A stretch of DNA of 64,000 nucleotides, from sequence record OQ603353.1; one strand, given 5' to 3'. This document shows, one piece after another, positions 51,384 through 61,759 of the stretch. How positions within the stretch are numbered: the first letter of the stretch is position 1; the number at the start of each line of letters is the position of its first letter. Position numbers and translations under genes: made by a program. Under the pieces are notes generated by a model. That model ran no database searches and was not told the origin of the DNA. It worked only from the letters and a program-made list of their open reading frames with translations.

Positions 51384-52517
51384 ATGATGAGTACCGAAAT
51401 CAATCAGTCCGTTGCTGGCAGCAAGATTTTCAATTTCTCCAAAGTTGATTACGCAGAGAAGACCAGTATCTTCAAAGGTCAGGACGCTGGCCTGTTCGAC
51501 ACGCTGCACAAGAAGCACCCGACCCTGCAAAAGCTGTTTGTCCACCTGCGCAGTATCGACTGGAAGGAAACGGAGTTTGAGTTCCTTCCCTGCAACGCAG
51601 AGTTCAAGCGTTACCCGCGTCGCCTGTCCAACATGATGAAGGATACGCTGGCGTGGCAGTGGGAAGCGGATAGCGTCGCAGCCAAGATGGCGTTCGCAGT
51701 GCTGGCACCGTTCATCACGGACTCCACCGCTGCACGTCTGCTTGGCCGCATCCTCGACAACGAACACCTGCATGCTGCTACCTACTCGGAGATCGTCAAC
51801 TTCTCGTTCGATGATCCTACCGAAGTGATGCAGAGCGTGGTCGATAACATGGAAGCCATGCGCCGCTTGACCACCATCACTACCGTGATGGAAGAAAGCT
51901 ATGTGGTCAGCCACAAGGTTGCCCTCGGCATGATCGACCGCAACTCGGATGAGGCTTACGATGCTGCCATGATGTTTATGGCCGCGATGCTGGCGATGGA
52001 ACGAATTGCGTTCATGAGTTCGTTCGTCATCACCTTCGCGTTTGGTAAGGCGGGCATGTTCGTCCCCATCGCTACGGCGGTGCAGAAGATTTGTCAGGAT
52101 GAGCATGAAGTACATGTCCAGTTTGACAAGTACGTCATCAAGCATGAACTGTCCCTGCCGTGTGGTCAGGCTTTCATGCAGCGTTGCGGGCACAAGGTTC
52201 AGGCCCTGCTGGACGAGGCAGTAGAAAGTGAAATGAGTTGGATCGCCTACACTGGCATTGATGAAGATCCGATCGTTGGTGTCAACGGTGACAACCTGCG
52301 CAGTCAGGTGCGTTACTTTGCGGGCGATGCTTACGCGACGTTTGGCCTCAAGCCTGACTTCGTTGTTCCCCGCAAGATGCCGATGCCGTGGCTAATCAAG
52401 TGGCTCAACATGGGCAAGACTCAGAAGGCATTGCAGGAAGAGAAGAACGGCCAGTACAAGGTCAACATGCTTCGCTTCGTGATGCCCGAGGACGAAATCA
52501 TCGCCGTAGATTTCTAA
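51384..52517 (+). CDS. nrdB: ribonucleotide reductase beta subunit
   Basis: WQWEADSV, NEHLHAATYS, ERIAFMSSF, DEHEVH; AAGGAG RBS. Confidence 0.95.
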   Translation: MMSTEINQSVAGSKIFNFSKVDYAEKTSIFKGQDAGLFDTLHKKHPTLQKLFVHLRSIDWKETEFEFLPCNAEFKRYPRRLSNMMKDTLAWQWEADSVAAKMAFAVLAPFITDSTAARLLGRILDNEHLHAATYSEIVNFSFDDPTEVMQSVVDNMEAMRRLTTITTVMEESYVVSHKVALGMIDRNSDEAYDAAMMFMAAMLAMERIAFMSSFVITFAFGKAGMFVPIATAVQKICQDEHEVHVQFDKYVIKHELSLPCGQAFMQRCGHKVQALLDEAVESEMSWIAYTGIDEDPIVGVNGDNLRSQVRYFAGDAYATFGLKPDFVVPRKMPMPWLIKWLNMGKTQKALQEEKNGQYKVNMLRFVMPEDEIIAVDF

Positions 52518-52544
52518 TGGAAACCCGGCCAAGGATGGCCTTCC

Positions 52545-52552
52545 TGTAAATA
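52545..52552 (+). promoter_or_regulatory. candidate phage promoter TGTAAATA
   Basis: TTCCTGTAAATA upstream of primase. Confidence 0.62.
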
Positions 52553-52580
52553 CTATGCGAGTACGTTTGGAGAGTTGACG

Positions 52581-53609
52581 ATGGCGAAGCCATTGAAGGA
52601 ACAGGACACACCGAATTCGGTTGCAGCAGAAGTCATCATGCGCAATTTGCCGAAGGTGCCTGGGCCTAAGAAATATCAGAGCAAGGGTACGATCAACATT
52701 TGGTGTCCGTTCCACGGTGACCCGAATGAACGCATGGTAGGCAACCCCTCCTTCATGCTCAACCTTGCTGCTGGCGAAAGATTCCCTGTCGGATTTGGTC
52801 ATTGCTTCTCTTGCGGCAAGACTAAGAACTGGAATGACATTGCAGCAAAGTATGGACTAGAGAGATATGGCGAAGGCGATGACGCTGACATTTGGGCAGT
52901 GAAGCCGGACTTCGACAAGCTCAGTGATCGCATGTTCGCGGAAGATGATGGCGAATCTCTTGACCACCTGTGTCCTCAAATGCGAATCCCTTTCCACCTC
53001 GGGTGGCAGAAGGGTATCAAGTGGCGCGGCATCAAGTCGAAGACGTTGATAAGCATCGGGGCGCACTATGGTCTTGACGAAGAGACCGAAGATCAGGCGG
53101 TGATCCTGCCAGTCAATGTGCAGGGAGATTTGGTCGGGGCAGTCAAGGCGCGGTGGAAGCCGCAGGACGGCAGCCCTAGCTATATCAACAGCCCCGGCAA
53201 ATGGACAAAGCGTAAGGGCCTGTTCCTGCTGGATGAGTCGCTGGAACTCGGCGATGGGGCAACGATCATTTTGGGAGAAGGTCCACGCGATGGCCTGCGG
53301 TTGTACCAAGATGGTCTTCCCGGCGTAAGTATTCTAGGCGTCACCAACTGGACGAAGCAGAAGCGCGATCTGCTGATGGAAGCTGGGGTTGAACGTATCA
53401 TCCTGTGTATGGATGGTGACAAGGCTGGTAACGAGGCGATCAAGAAGATCAAGCCTGACCTGATCGGGTACTTTGACGTGTACGTGTTCAACCTCAACAA
53501 GTGGCGCAAGAGGTTGAAGTGGAAGAAGATGGACCCAGGCAACATGCCAGAGGAAGTCCTAGAACGCCTGCGCAAGATGTATGAGCGGGTATCAGAAAGT
53601 GATGAGTGA
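52581..53609 (+). CDS. DNA primase (Zn finger + TOPRIM)
   Basis: WCPFH...HCFSC; GEGPRD; DGDKAG. Confidence 0.9.
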   Translation: MAKPLKEQDTPNSVAAEVIMRNLPKVPGPKKYQSKGTINIWCPFHGDPNERMVGNPSFMLNLAAGERFPVGFGHCFSCGKTKNWNDIAAKYGLERYGEGDDADIWAVKPDFDKLSDRMFAEDDGESLDHLCPQMRIPFHLGWQKGIKWRGIKSKTLISIGAHYGLDEETEDQAVILPVNVQGDLVGAVKARWKPQDGSPSYINSPGKWTKRKGLFLLDESLELGDGATIILGEGPRDGLRLYQDGLPGVSILGVTNWTKQKRDLLMEAGVERIILCMDGDKAGNEAIKKIKPDLIGYFDVYVFNLNKWRKRLKWKKMDPGNMPEEVLERLRKMYERVSESDE

Positions 53610-53616
53610 TACGAAT

Positions 53617-53642
53617 AAAGGGCCTTCGGGCCCTTTCTTTTT
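53617..53642 (+). terminator. Rho-independent terminator
   Basis: AAAGGGCC-TTCG-GGCCCTTT plus T-tract. Confidence 0.85.
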
Positions 53643-53782
53643 GCCCAAAATAGGGGCTCCAACAAGCCACTTTGGTGCAACGGGAGGGCCTGTAGACGCA
53701 AGGATTTGAGCCCAAATTTCAGGGTACGTGGTAGGGGTGCTGTCGAGCAAACTTGGCAGAAAATTGCCGGATTCCGAGCAAA

Positions 53783-53808
53783 AGAAAAGGCGCCTAGGCG
53801 CCTTTTCT
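53783..53808 (-). terminator. terminator of the leftward block (perfect 26-bp palindrome)
   Basis: AGAAAAGGCGCCTAGGCGCCTTTTCT, 12 nt past the stop at 53821. Confidence 0.78.
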
Positions 53809-53820
53809 CGTTTCTGGGAT

Positions 53821-56009
53821 TTAGTCGTTCAGGAGGGCAGACTCCCAACGCCACTTCGGATCGGTCAGGCCGTTGTGGTAATCACTCAACGCCAAGATGC
53901 CAAGATCAGGGCATTCGACTTTGAGGATACCACCCTCGGGGAACACCTTGACCAGTTCGTAGTGCTCGTTGTTCTCCATGCAGGCCATGCGGTAATAGCC
54001 CGGCACCACTGGACAGCCAAGGGCTGCGATACGATCCCTCAAAGCGTTCTCCTTCTTCCGGTGAGCGACAACCATTGCTTCGAGTTCGTCATGCAACCTA
54101 CGCACTTGCTGTTCCAACTCAGCAACCTGCTCGTCGGGTGACTTGACCGTGGGGTCTTGTCGTGTAGCGCCGCCCATGCGTGCGATCAGAGCCGACCATG
54201 TGTTGTCACCAAGCTTGTAGAAGTTGGGGTCACCACTGTCTTTCAACGTGATCCCATACTCGATGAACGGTGCTGGGTAGGACGTGTAGGAAACCACGTT
54301 CGGCCCATTGCATCCCGCCCTACCAAGCGTCTGTGCCACTGTGCGATCCTTAGTGGGCTGGCCACCTACGAACAGGATGACGCGAAGGAAGGGAAGCCGG
54401 AAGCCGGTGGCCATGTCCGGATGGACAAGTACGATCTGCTTGCGCAGTGCTGCCTCACGGTCTGCCTTGGTGGCAGTTGCACGCAGCAAGCCTACGCTAG
54501 GAGCCCGGCAGTGAGCACCTTCTAGTGGACCAACCTCGTTGGAAATATGGTGACGCAGCGACGCAGCAAGCTCCTGTATGTAACGCCCGTGCATGCGGCA
54601 CACAATCATCACTTGAGGGTTGTCGTTCCACGTCCAGAAGTTAGTGCCTTCTTCTTCGGCAGCCTTGGTCAGCAGGTTGATAATCCGTGCGGCCTCCCTG
54701 CGCGAAAGCAGGCCATCCATATTAGAGTCATTCGGGAACGCATAGTTACGATCATCGCGGTAGAGCCTGCTCATTCCTTTACCTCATATCCGTAGTAGGG
54801 GCTTTCAACCCACTTGCCATTCTTGTACCACCCGTCCTCTTCAAGCTCTGCGTAAGCACGCTCGGGCCCTGCGATGAAGGTGACACTACCTTCGGAGTAG
54901 CCTCCATCAAGCTTGCCCCACAAGCATTCATGAGTGATGCCCCGATCGTTGTAGATCGAACCCTTAAAGAACAGGGGTTGGGGTGAGAGGCTGATCCAGT
55001 AGAGCGGAGTTTTGTCGCAGTCGCGTCCGCAGTGGACAACGAATGCGCGCACACCCGAACTCAGTTCTACCAAGGAGCCAAGCTCGATGGCGTGCTCCAG
55101 CTTTGAGTTGCGCTCCTTTGAAGTCAGCCCATCGTCGTCTTCAATGTCAGACACGTTGATGAGATAGCCACCACCTTGAAGTCGGGATACACCTTGAGAG
55201 CGGACGCGCAAGTCATCACCGAGAACGACAGTATGAGGCTTCGCGCTCATTCGTCTTCCCCTTCATCCCCGTCAACGGTGTCCGAGCAGTCGTCGCAGAC
55301 ACCAAAGTTGGTGTCGAACTCAGCTTGCGTAATCGGATCACCGCAGTCGGCGCAGTGCTCGTTGTCATCAAGCTCGTCATCCGTGGAGTAGGGATCGTCC
55401 AAGCAGGCGTCGCACAATCCGGCCTGATCTTCGTAGTCCATCCCGTCTACTTCGATACCGCAGCTATCACATGGCTTGTTCATGGCGTTCCTCAATTAAC
55501 GTATGCCGAGTTCCCGGCGGGCTTTCTTTTCCATCCGCTTCTGCTTACGCTCCAACGACATACGCGAAGGAGGTTTGGCTTTGCGGGGTTCCTCTGAATA
55601 GGAAGTGGGTGCAGCGACATGCGAGGCAAGAGCCAACGCAACCAAACTACGCTGCAACTTGCGTGACAAGGCCATTAGCCTCCTCCCGATGTTGTTCCTT
55701 CCAATCCGCGTAGGCTTGCACCACGCGGTCGCGCCACTCGGGGCACTGTTCAGGGATCGGCAGTGGATGAGGGCCATGCAGACCGAAGATCACGATGCAG
55801 CCACAAGCGTTCTCGTACACCCACGCATTCTCATGCTCCATCGCAAACTTTGCATGGCCGTCGGCAAAGCCATACTTGCCACACTTGCAGCGGAAGTCCC
55901 ACCCGAACTCATGTAGGGCTTTCTTGCGGCGCTTCTTGAGCGCCTTCACTTCGAGGTGCTCGGTGTAGGTGGTGCGTAGCCATGCTGCAAGCTTAGAGAA
56001 TCCGCGCAT
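53821..56009 (-). other. hypothetical genes (53821-54774, 54771-55250, acidic Cys-rich 55247-55495, 55496-55675, 55647-56009)
   Basis: Coupled minus-strand ORFs. Confidence 0.62.
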
Positions 56010-56820
56010 GCTGTTCCTCCCCTTCAATCAGAGTGCCCAAGTGCTGATGCAGCTTGGTCAGAGTTTCAGTCACGTCGTTGTGCTTGATGGCGATACCGCC
56101 CGCCTCCACCCATGCCGCGCAATTCTTGGTGTGGTCATCAATCAGCAAGTCCAGCGGCGCGTGCATCATGACGCATTTGGTACTGCCACCCGGCACTGGA
56201 ATAATCATCGTGTCAGGGCGCATGGTCACCGAGGCATTCAACCAACCACGCTTCTGGATAGCCGTCGGGATGTAGTTCGACTTGGGGCAGCCGGTCAAGA
56301 AGTGGTATGGCGTGTGGCGCAGGGCGTGCAGCAAGTCCTGCGCGTGGGGCATCTTGGGCAGGGCACCGAAGAAGTTCTCGTGGCCACGAACCATCGCCCA
56401 CTTTTCGTCTTCGGTAATCGTGTCATGGTGGACACCAAAGATCAAAGGGAATCCCGTATCAAAGTCAGCCATGACGCCATCCACGTCAACGTTTATCAGC
56501 GGCATGCGAACCCGCCGCATCCGAGACACCACTTGAATGCGATAGTTCACTTCACGCATCCACTCTTCCCGAAGATTCTGTTCGTCATCATCGAAGGCAC
56601 CAAGGCCCTCTTCTTCGAGAACGTTGCCCATCCAGCCGTGGAACTCCGGCCAGTTCAAGCCACGATTCTCAAAGCTGAAACTGTGCGAGGTATCGGTCAG
56701 CGTGACTTGCCCTAGAGCGTGGCCCCGATTCTGCATCTTCTGCACAACCTTCATGGCCTGCCCTACGTCCAATGGCAGTTCCATTACAGAACCCGGAGCG
56801 GTTTCGTACAGGAACTTCAT
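55993..56820 (-). CDS. 5'(3')-deoxyribonucleotidase (HAD, NT5C-like) with N-terminal extra domain
   Basis: DVDGVMADF, FLTG, LLIDD...W.EAGG. Confidence 0.85.
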   Translation of the reverse strand: MKFLYETAPGSVMELPLDVGQAMKVVQKMQNRGHALGQVTLTDTSHSFSFENRGLNWPEFHGWMGNVLEEEGLGAFDDDEQNLREEWMREVNYRIQVVSRMRRVRMPLINVDVDGVMADFDTGFPLIFGVHHDTITEDEKWAMVRGHENFFGALPKMPHAQDLLHALRHTPYHFLTGCPKSNYIPTAIQKRGWLNASVTMRPDTMIIPVPGGSTKCVMMHAPLDLLIDDHTKNCAAWVEAGGIAIKHNDVTETLTKLHQHLGTLIEGEEQHARIL

Positions 56821-58050
56821 TTCGCATCCTCCTTGCACACCTGCGCTCCCTTGATCTTGAAGCTGACCCAACTCCAACGCAGATGGACACGTTGATAGTC
56901 CGGGTCGTTGCGCTCACGCATGGCCTTGAGGACAGTCCGCAGCTGGGCCTTGAGCACGTTGAGGTTGGTCGGGGTTTCGTACTTGGTGGTCTTGCTGCCA
57001 GCGCACTGGTCCGGCGTACCGAAGCGATCACCAAGGAACACCACAGGGACGCCATCAATGGTGTGGATGAACACCGTGTACGTGGCGTAGTCAGGGAGAG
57101 CCTTGGCCTTGTTTACCATCGGGCCCTGCACACCCAACACCGCGGGACGACTTGCGAGGTCCACCGACTTGACGATGGCTGTGCGCAGGCTGTGCAACTT
57201 GCGCCACTTGTTCTGCAAGTGCGGTAGCGCTATGCCACCAAGGCCAGCGGCTGTCTTGGAAGCAGTGATGGCCGTATCGAGTTCCGCGATCTTCTTGTTG
57301 AGTGCAGCGAACACCTTGGCAAGGATCGGACCTTCCACGCACCACATTAGGACACTGCCGGAACCCCGTCGTGCACGAGGAATCGTACGCGTGTAGGTTT
57401 TGGGTTTCGGAACGAGACGCTTGAACCACGCCTCATTCTCTACGCAGTGCAGACGTGATGCGGGTAGATGGTATTCCCGGTGTGCGATTTCCTTAGCCAT
57501 ATTAGGCTCCTTGAATGTTGATGATCCCGTTGTACTTGGTGGGTACTTGCATCGGAGCAGCTTGGGTTAGCATGAAGGGGCTGTGATGCCGTTGCTTGCC
57601 GTACTTCGCTTCGTGGCCGAGTATCTCAGCGCGCACGCGCAGAATATTCTCCACGACAGACTCCGGCGTCTTTGCACGCAGTAGACGCTCTGCGCTAGGA
57701 CCAACCGGAGAGAACTGAGGTACTACAGGTGCGAACCTTGCAACAGATTCCACCGCAGCCTGCACCCGAAGCGCAGCCTCAGCAGGAGGTTCGCCCCTAC
57801 CCTCGGGTAGCCGCTCCTTCAAATCCTTCCACGTCTGCGAGTTGACCATGATGACGCTATCGCCGTGCATGCGATAGAACTGCCCATCCCCAATCAGCGG
57901 CGTGGTGCCATGTTTCTTGAGCCACTTCTTGTTGACCCGAGGGGCGTAACAACGCCCCTCGTGCCACTTGCGGGGACGCACAGCTTTCTTGGGCATGCGC
58001 GTGTCGTTGATGACGATGCGTACACCAAAGATGGTTTGCTGGAGTGCGTC
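56817..58050 (-). other. two hypothetical genes (56817-57500, 57502-~58050)
   Basis: ORF track; start of the second uncertain. Confidence 0.6.
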
Positions 58051-59095
58051 AATTTGTTGCAAGGGTCTTCCCTCCCATGTCTTGTCTGAGACGTTCGTTG
58101 AACCCACTGCCTCCTTCGGGCAGCTTCAAGAACAAGCCAGCAAGGTTGCAGTATTCAGTGACGTTGCCCGAGGCAAGCAACTCGTCCAGCAGCACGTCGT
58201 TGGTATGGTTGTACCCTCGCTGTGCAAGCCAGTTCGAGAAGTCGGCATCGAACTTGCCAGTAATCAAGTCGATGTAGTACAAGCGCTTACCCGCATATCG
58301 CTCTCGCAGTTGCGACAGGGCGAACCCCGTCTCTGGAGTATCGCGCACGATCATGTTGGGGTGCTCGGTCTTCACCAAGTCGATTTTCTGAATCACGTTG
58401 CGATATACGATCTGCCCATCGGTGTCGCGTTCTTCGTGCATCGCCTTCCGGCTAGCCGTGGTGTGATGGTATTGCAGGTTCGTACACGCGTTGGTGATGG
58501 TCCGCTTCATGATGTTGAGCATGTGCTTGGCGTTTTCGATCCGAGGGTAGGTCTTGTAGACTCCCTGAATCGCGGAAAGGACTAGCTCATCAATCAACTC
58601 ATCACGCTGGCTTTGTCCTGCCGATACCACGAACGCCAAGTCCTTACCGACCTTGTACGCTGCATACTTCTTGGCATGCGGCAGGTTTGACACAATGGCT
58701 CGTTGAAGCTTACCCCACGACACCGGCAAGTAGCCTTGGTCAAGGAAGCCCTCGAACACTTCGGATAATGAGTCTCGGCGGCGGACCCATCGTTTCAGTT
58801 TTACGTCACGCACACGCAAATCGCTTTCAGCGAAAACACGATCAAGGTTGCCCTTGGCGTAGGCTCGGAAGAGGAACGTCTTGGCTTGGTACATGCGTCC
58901 GGTACTCTGCAACGCCATGCGATAGTCAATGATGCGTTCCCCAGCAAGCGGTCGCATTATCTTGGTGAACTCACTCACGTTCATTCCGTTGAACGCATAG
59001 AGCAGCGTCGTCTCGACCGCTGCACACTTGTCCCTCTTGTTGAGGGACAAGTAAGTCTCCGGAAAATGCGTACTCAATAGTTCAGTGATAATCAT
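58049..59095 (-). CDS. putative sigma-factor-like protein
   Basis: DELIDELVLSAIQGVYKTYP...HMLNIMKRTITNACTNL resembles sigma70 region 2; weak. Confidence 0.45.
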   Translation of the reverse strand: MIITELLSTHFPETYLSLNKRDKCAAVETTLLYAFNGMNVSEFTKIMRPLAGERIIDYRMALQSTGRMYQAKTFLFRAYAKGNLDRVFAESDLRVRDVKLKRWVRRRDSLSEVFEGFLDQGYLPVSWGKLQRAIVSNLPHAKKYAAYKVGKDLAFVVSAGQSQRDELIDELVLSAIQGVYKTYPRIENAKHMLNIMKRTITNACTNLQYHHTTASRKAMHEERDTDGQIVYRNVIQKIDLVKTEHPNMIVRDTPETGFALSQLRERYAGKRLYYIDLITGKFDADFSNWLAQRGYNHTNDVLLDELLASGNVTEYCNLAGLFLKLPEGGSGFNERLRQDMGGKTLATN

Positions 59096-59110
59096 CCCGA
59101 AGTCCCCTCC

Positions 59111-60010
59111 TTAGACTTCGTTCAGGATGAGTCGCCCACCTGCCCCCTTCTTGATGTTCGATTTCTTCGCCTTGCGTTCCAGCAATTCCTTTGTTTCGCG
59201 TACAGACATTTCCGACCCCTTCTTCTTTTTCTTCTTGCGAGAATGGAAGATAATGCCTTCATCCTCGATGCCGCGTTCAAACCATTCCTTCGGAACCGTA
59301 TCGATGGTGGGCACGTCATCATCGATAAGGGGGCGTGCTCTCCACGGGCGTTCCAGCAGAGCAGCAATCGCCTTGCGAGTCTCCTTCGGCATCTTGGTCT
59401 TGCCTTCCGCTTCCAAGCGCGTCCGACGCTTGCGGAAGTTCTTGCCGCCGACTACGTACTCCGGCAGCCTACCGCCCTCCTTAGCAGTCAGGGAAATGGT
59501 GTAGGGATCAGCCTTGCCCGGTTCACTTGGACTGATATACACTTCGATGCTGTCGCCATGATTCACAGCACCGATCACGTACCCCTTGTAGTATTGGTCG
59601 ATGTAATGCAGGTCATACTTTTCCATCTGCGTCCGAATCTCACGCGGCATGCCGAGCGTCGGAGGAAGATAGACATACAGCGGTTGCCCCAAACGCAGGC
59701 CGACTTTCTTTAGCGGCTCCTGTCGCAGCAGGGAGTAAGCGAGGATGCGCAGACTTGCACCCTCCATCCCTTTTGCAGCATTCGCCAGTGCAGCAAACAA
59801 CTCGGTACTGCCATCCGCCTGCTTGATGCGCGTCAAGTCAGGGGTGTAGAACTTGCAAGCCTTCGCAAAAGGCAGAACGCCCGTCTTGCTGCACTTGTCA
59901 GCATAGTGCGGACTAGCCGGTCCTTTGAAATGCAAGCACTCACTGCACTTGAGGCCAATGGCGAGCTTGTTGGAATGGACTGGCGTGACTGCCTTAGAAT
60001 TGGTCGGCAT
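59111..60010 (-). CDS. hypothetical protein with N-terminal Cys cluster
   Basis: CSECLHF...C...CKFY. Confidence 0.7.
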   Translation of the reverse strand: MPTNSKAVTPVHSNKLAIGLKCSECLHFKGPASPHYADKCSKTGVLPFAKACKFYTPDLTRIKQADGSTELFAALANAAKGMEGASLRILAYSLLRQEPLKKVGLRLGQPLYVYLPPTLGMPREIRTQMEKYDLHYIDQYYKGYVIGAVNHGDSIEVYISPSEPGKADPYTISLTAKEGGRLPEYVVGGKNFRKRRTRLEAEGKTKMPKETRKAIAALLERPWRARPLIDDDVPTIDTVPKEWFERGIEDEGIIFHSRKKKKKKGSEMSVRETKELLERKAKKSNIKKGAGGRLILNEV

Positions 60011-60021
60011 CGAAGGTACTC

Positions 60022-60501
60022 CTAAAGTCGTGATAAATAACGGGCGTGCAACTCATGTATCGCGTGGACCAATGCTTGTTCCTGATTCCGGTATCCCCAA
60101 TAGTCGCGCAAATCCTTTAGCTTGTCGCTGGTATCCTTGGTAAAGTTCGTGTGGAACTTGACCTTCTTGTTAGGATCATTCTCAGTCAACTCGCGCGCGG
60201 CTTTAATGCGCCCGGCAAGGTAAAGCGCAACAGAGATAGCCCTCTTTGCTTTGGCTACAGGTAGAGCGCGAATGCGATCATCCTCGGCCAGCATCGTGGG
60301 GACTACTCTTCCCTTGCCTAGCTGGTAACTCAGAGTGTGCACAAGGCTATGGTCAATAGCGCACAGCGAAACTTGCGGACCATCCACCCCACCATAAGCG
60401 CAGGGGATGATGTGATGCAGTTCCAAGCTGGACTGAGTGCCACACACAAAGCATGGCCCATCATTGATATAGCCCGGTGTCAGTACAAGCTGTTTACTCA
60501 T
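60022..60501 (-). CDS. HNH endonuclease-like protein
   Basis: CFVCG...ELHHIIP...GG...LCAIDHSLVH. Confidence 0.78.
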   Translation of the reverse strand: MSKQLVLTPGYINDGPCFVCGTQSSLELHHIIPCAYGGVDGPQVSLCAIDHSLVHTLSYQLGKGRVVPTMLAEDDRIRALPVAKAKRAISVALYLAGRIKAARELTENDPNKKVKFHTNFTKDTSDKLKDLRDYWGYRNQEQALVHAIHELHARYLSRL

Positions 60502-60502
60502 G

Positions 60503-61360
60503 TTAGCGGAAAGGGAAGCCCCAATCGTTGAGGACAGCTTCACCGATCAGTCGGTTCATGCGATTCAACAGCGCGTGCGGTACAGCCCAGAAATACACGT
60601 AACCCTTGCTCGAAGCGACGCGACGGCCTGCACCCAGCACCAACTCGTCGCCCATGATCGAGTAACGCTCGTTGCTCTTCTGCCCGACAATGGCAGCGAT
60701 CTGCTTGGCGTAGTGGGTCAGGTTGGCAGGCAGGTCTTCATGCTTGAGGTTGATACCGATCACCAGCTGATTGCCCAGCACGGTGTAGAAGCCCGACTGA
60801 CCTTCGATGCGGAAGCCTGCCTTGGCAAGCTGCTCGGTGGTGACCACACCTTCAAACTGAGGAACGATCGGAAGGTGACGGATGATGAAGGGATCGTCCT
60901 TGGCCTTGGCGTCCTTGGGTAGAGTGGAAGCGTACTTGCTGGTCTTGCCGAACAGGCGCTCGTTGACTTGGGTGCCGTCTGGATCATGGGCACGCATCGA
61001 AGCCTGCTCCTTCTTGAGCGCGAAGCGATTCACGGTGGCGATGGCTTCGTCCAGCGAGGCGGTCAGCATCGTCACGCCTTCCTGCACGTCCGACAGTTCC
61101 ACGTCACCCGATTCCATGCCATCCATCAGCGAGGTGGCGATGTTGATGCTGGTGACCACGCTGGTCTTACCCGAAGCGTTCGGCATCGCCGACGGTGCAG
61201 CCTTGGAGAATTGACCTTCGACCGCGCGCAGGCTCGGGACCATAGATGCCAGCGCTTGATGGTGCAAGCTGCCTGCGCTAATCAGGTCGCCGGCCTTCGG
61301 CGCAGGTACGGCGTGGCGCAGGGCGCTTAGGGTGGTAGCGATTTCTTGCAAGGTGCTCAT
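60503..61360 (-). CDS. hypothetical protein
   Basis: AAAGG RBS; strong codon bias. Confidence 0.7.
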   Translation of the reverse strand: MSTLQEIATTLSALRHAVPAPKAGDLISAGSLHHQALASMVPSLRAVEGQFSKAAPSAMPNASGKTSVVTSINIATSLMDGMESGDVELSDVQEGVTMLTASLDEAIATVNRFALKKEQASMRAHDPDGTQVNERLFGKTSKYASTLPKDAKAKDDPFIIRHLPIVPQFEGVVTTEQLAKAGFRIEGQSGFYTVLGNQLVIGINLKHEDLPANLTHYAKQIAAIVGQKSNERYSIMGDELVLGAGRRVASSKGYVYFWAVPHALLNRMNRLIGEAVLNDWGFPFR

Positions 61361-61665
61361 TGTGCATTACCTTTGTTAGAGCGGGCCGAAGACGATTCGT
61401 TCTTGACGCGGACTTCCGACAGCGGCACTTTACCAAAGATGGTTTTGCCGCTTGGTGCAATCACTTCAACGGTTAGCCCGTTGAGTTGGGGACGCAGGTG
61501 GCCACGCACAAAGCGTTCGACCCACAGCGAATTTCGGGAGGCGTTGGGCAGCGCCTCGTATCGCTTCACCTGCGTTTTGGCAGGTGCGCGCACGATGATC
61601 TTGATGCCCTCGGCACGGAGCACTTGACGCTCAAACTCCAATACCGAGACTAGCTCTTCCGACAT
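61357..61665 (-). CDS. hypothetical protein
   Basis: GGAG RBS, MSEELV start. Confidence 0.65.
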   Translation of the reverse strand: MSEELVSVLEFERQVLRAEGIKIIVRAPAKTQVKRYEALPNASRNSLWVERFVRGHLRPQLNGLTVEVIAPSGKTIFGKVPLSEVRVKNESSSARSNKGNAQ

Positions 61666-61715
61666 GTAAACAGTTCTCCATTTGTGCGCATCCTTTTCGG
61701 GCCTTGAGAAACACG

Positions 61716-61743
61716 AAAAGGCAGGAGGGACCGAAGTCCCTCC
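61716..61743 (-). terminator. Rho-independent terminator
   Basis: GGAGGGAC-TTCG-GTCCCTCC then TGCCTTTT on the minus strand. Confidence 0.8.
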
Positions 61744-61759
61744 CACCTGTTACCGAAGA

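Noticed and set aside
53712-53721. CAAATTTCAG as a third CTAATTTCAG promoter
   Set aside because: One mismatch, and no credible plus-strand gene follows before the next terminator.
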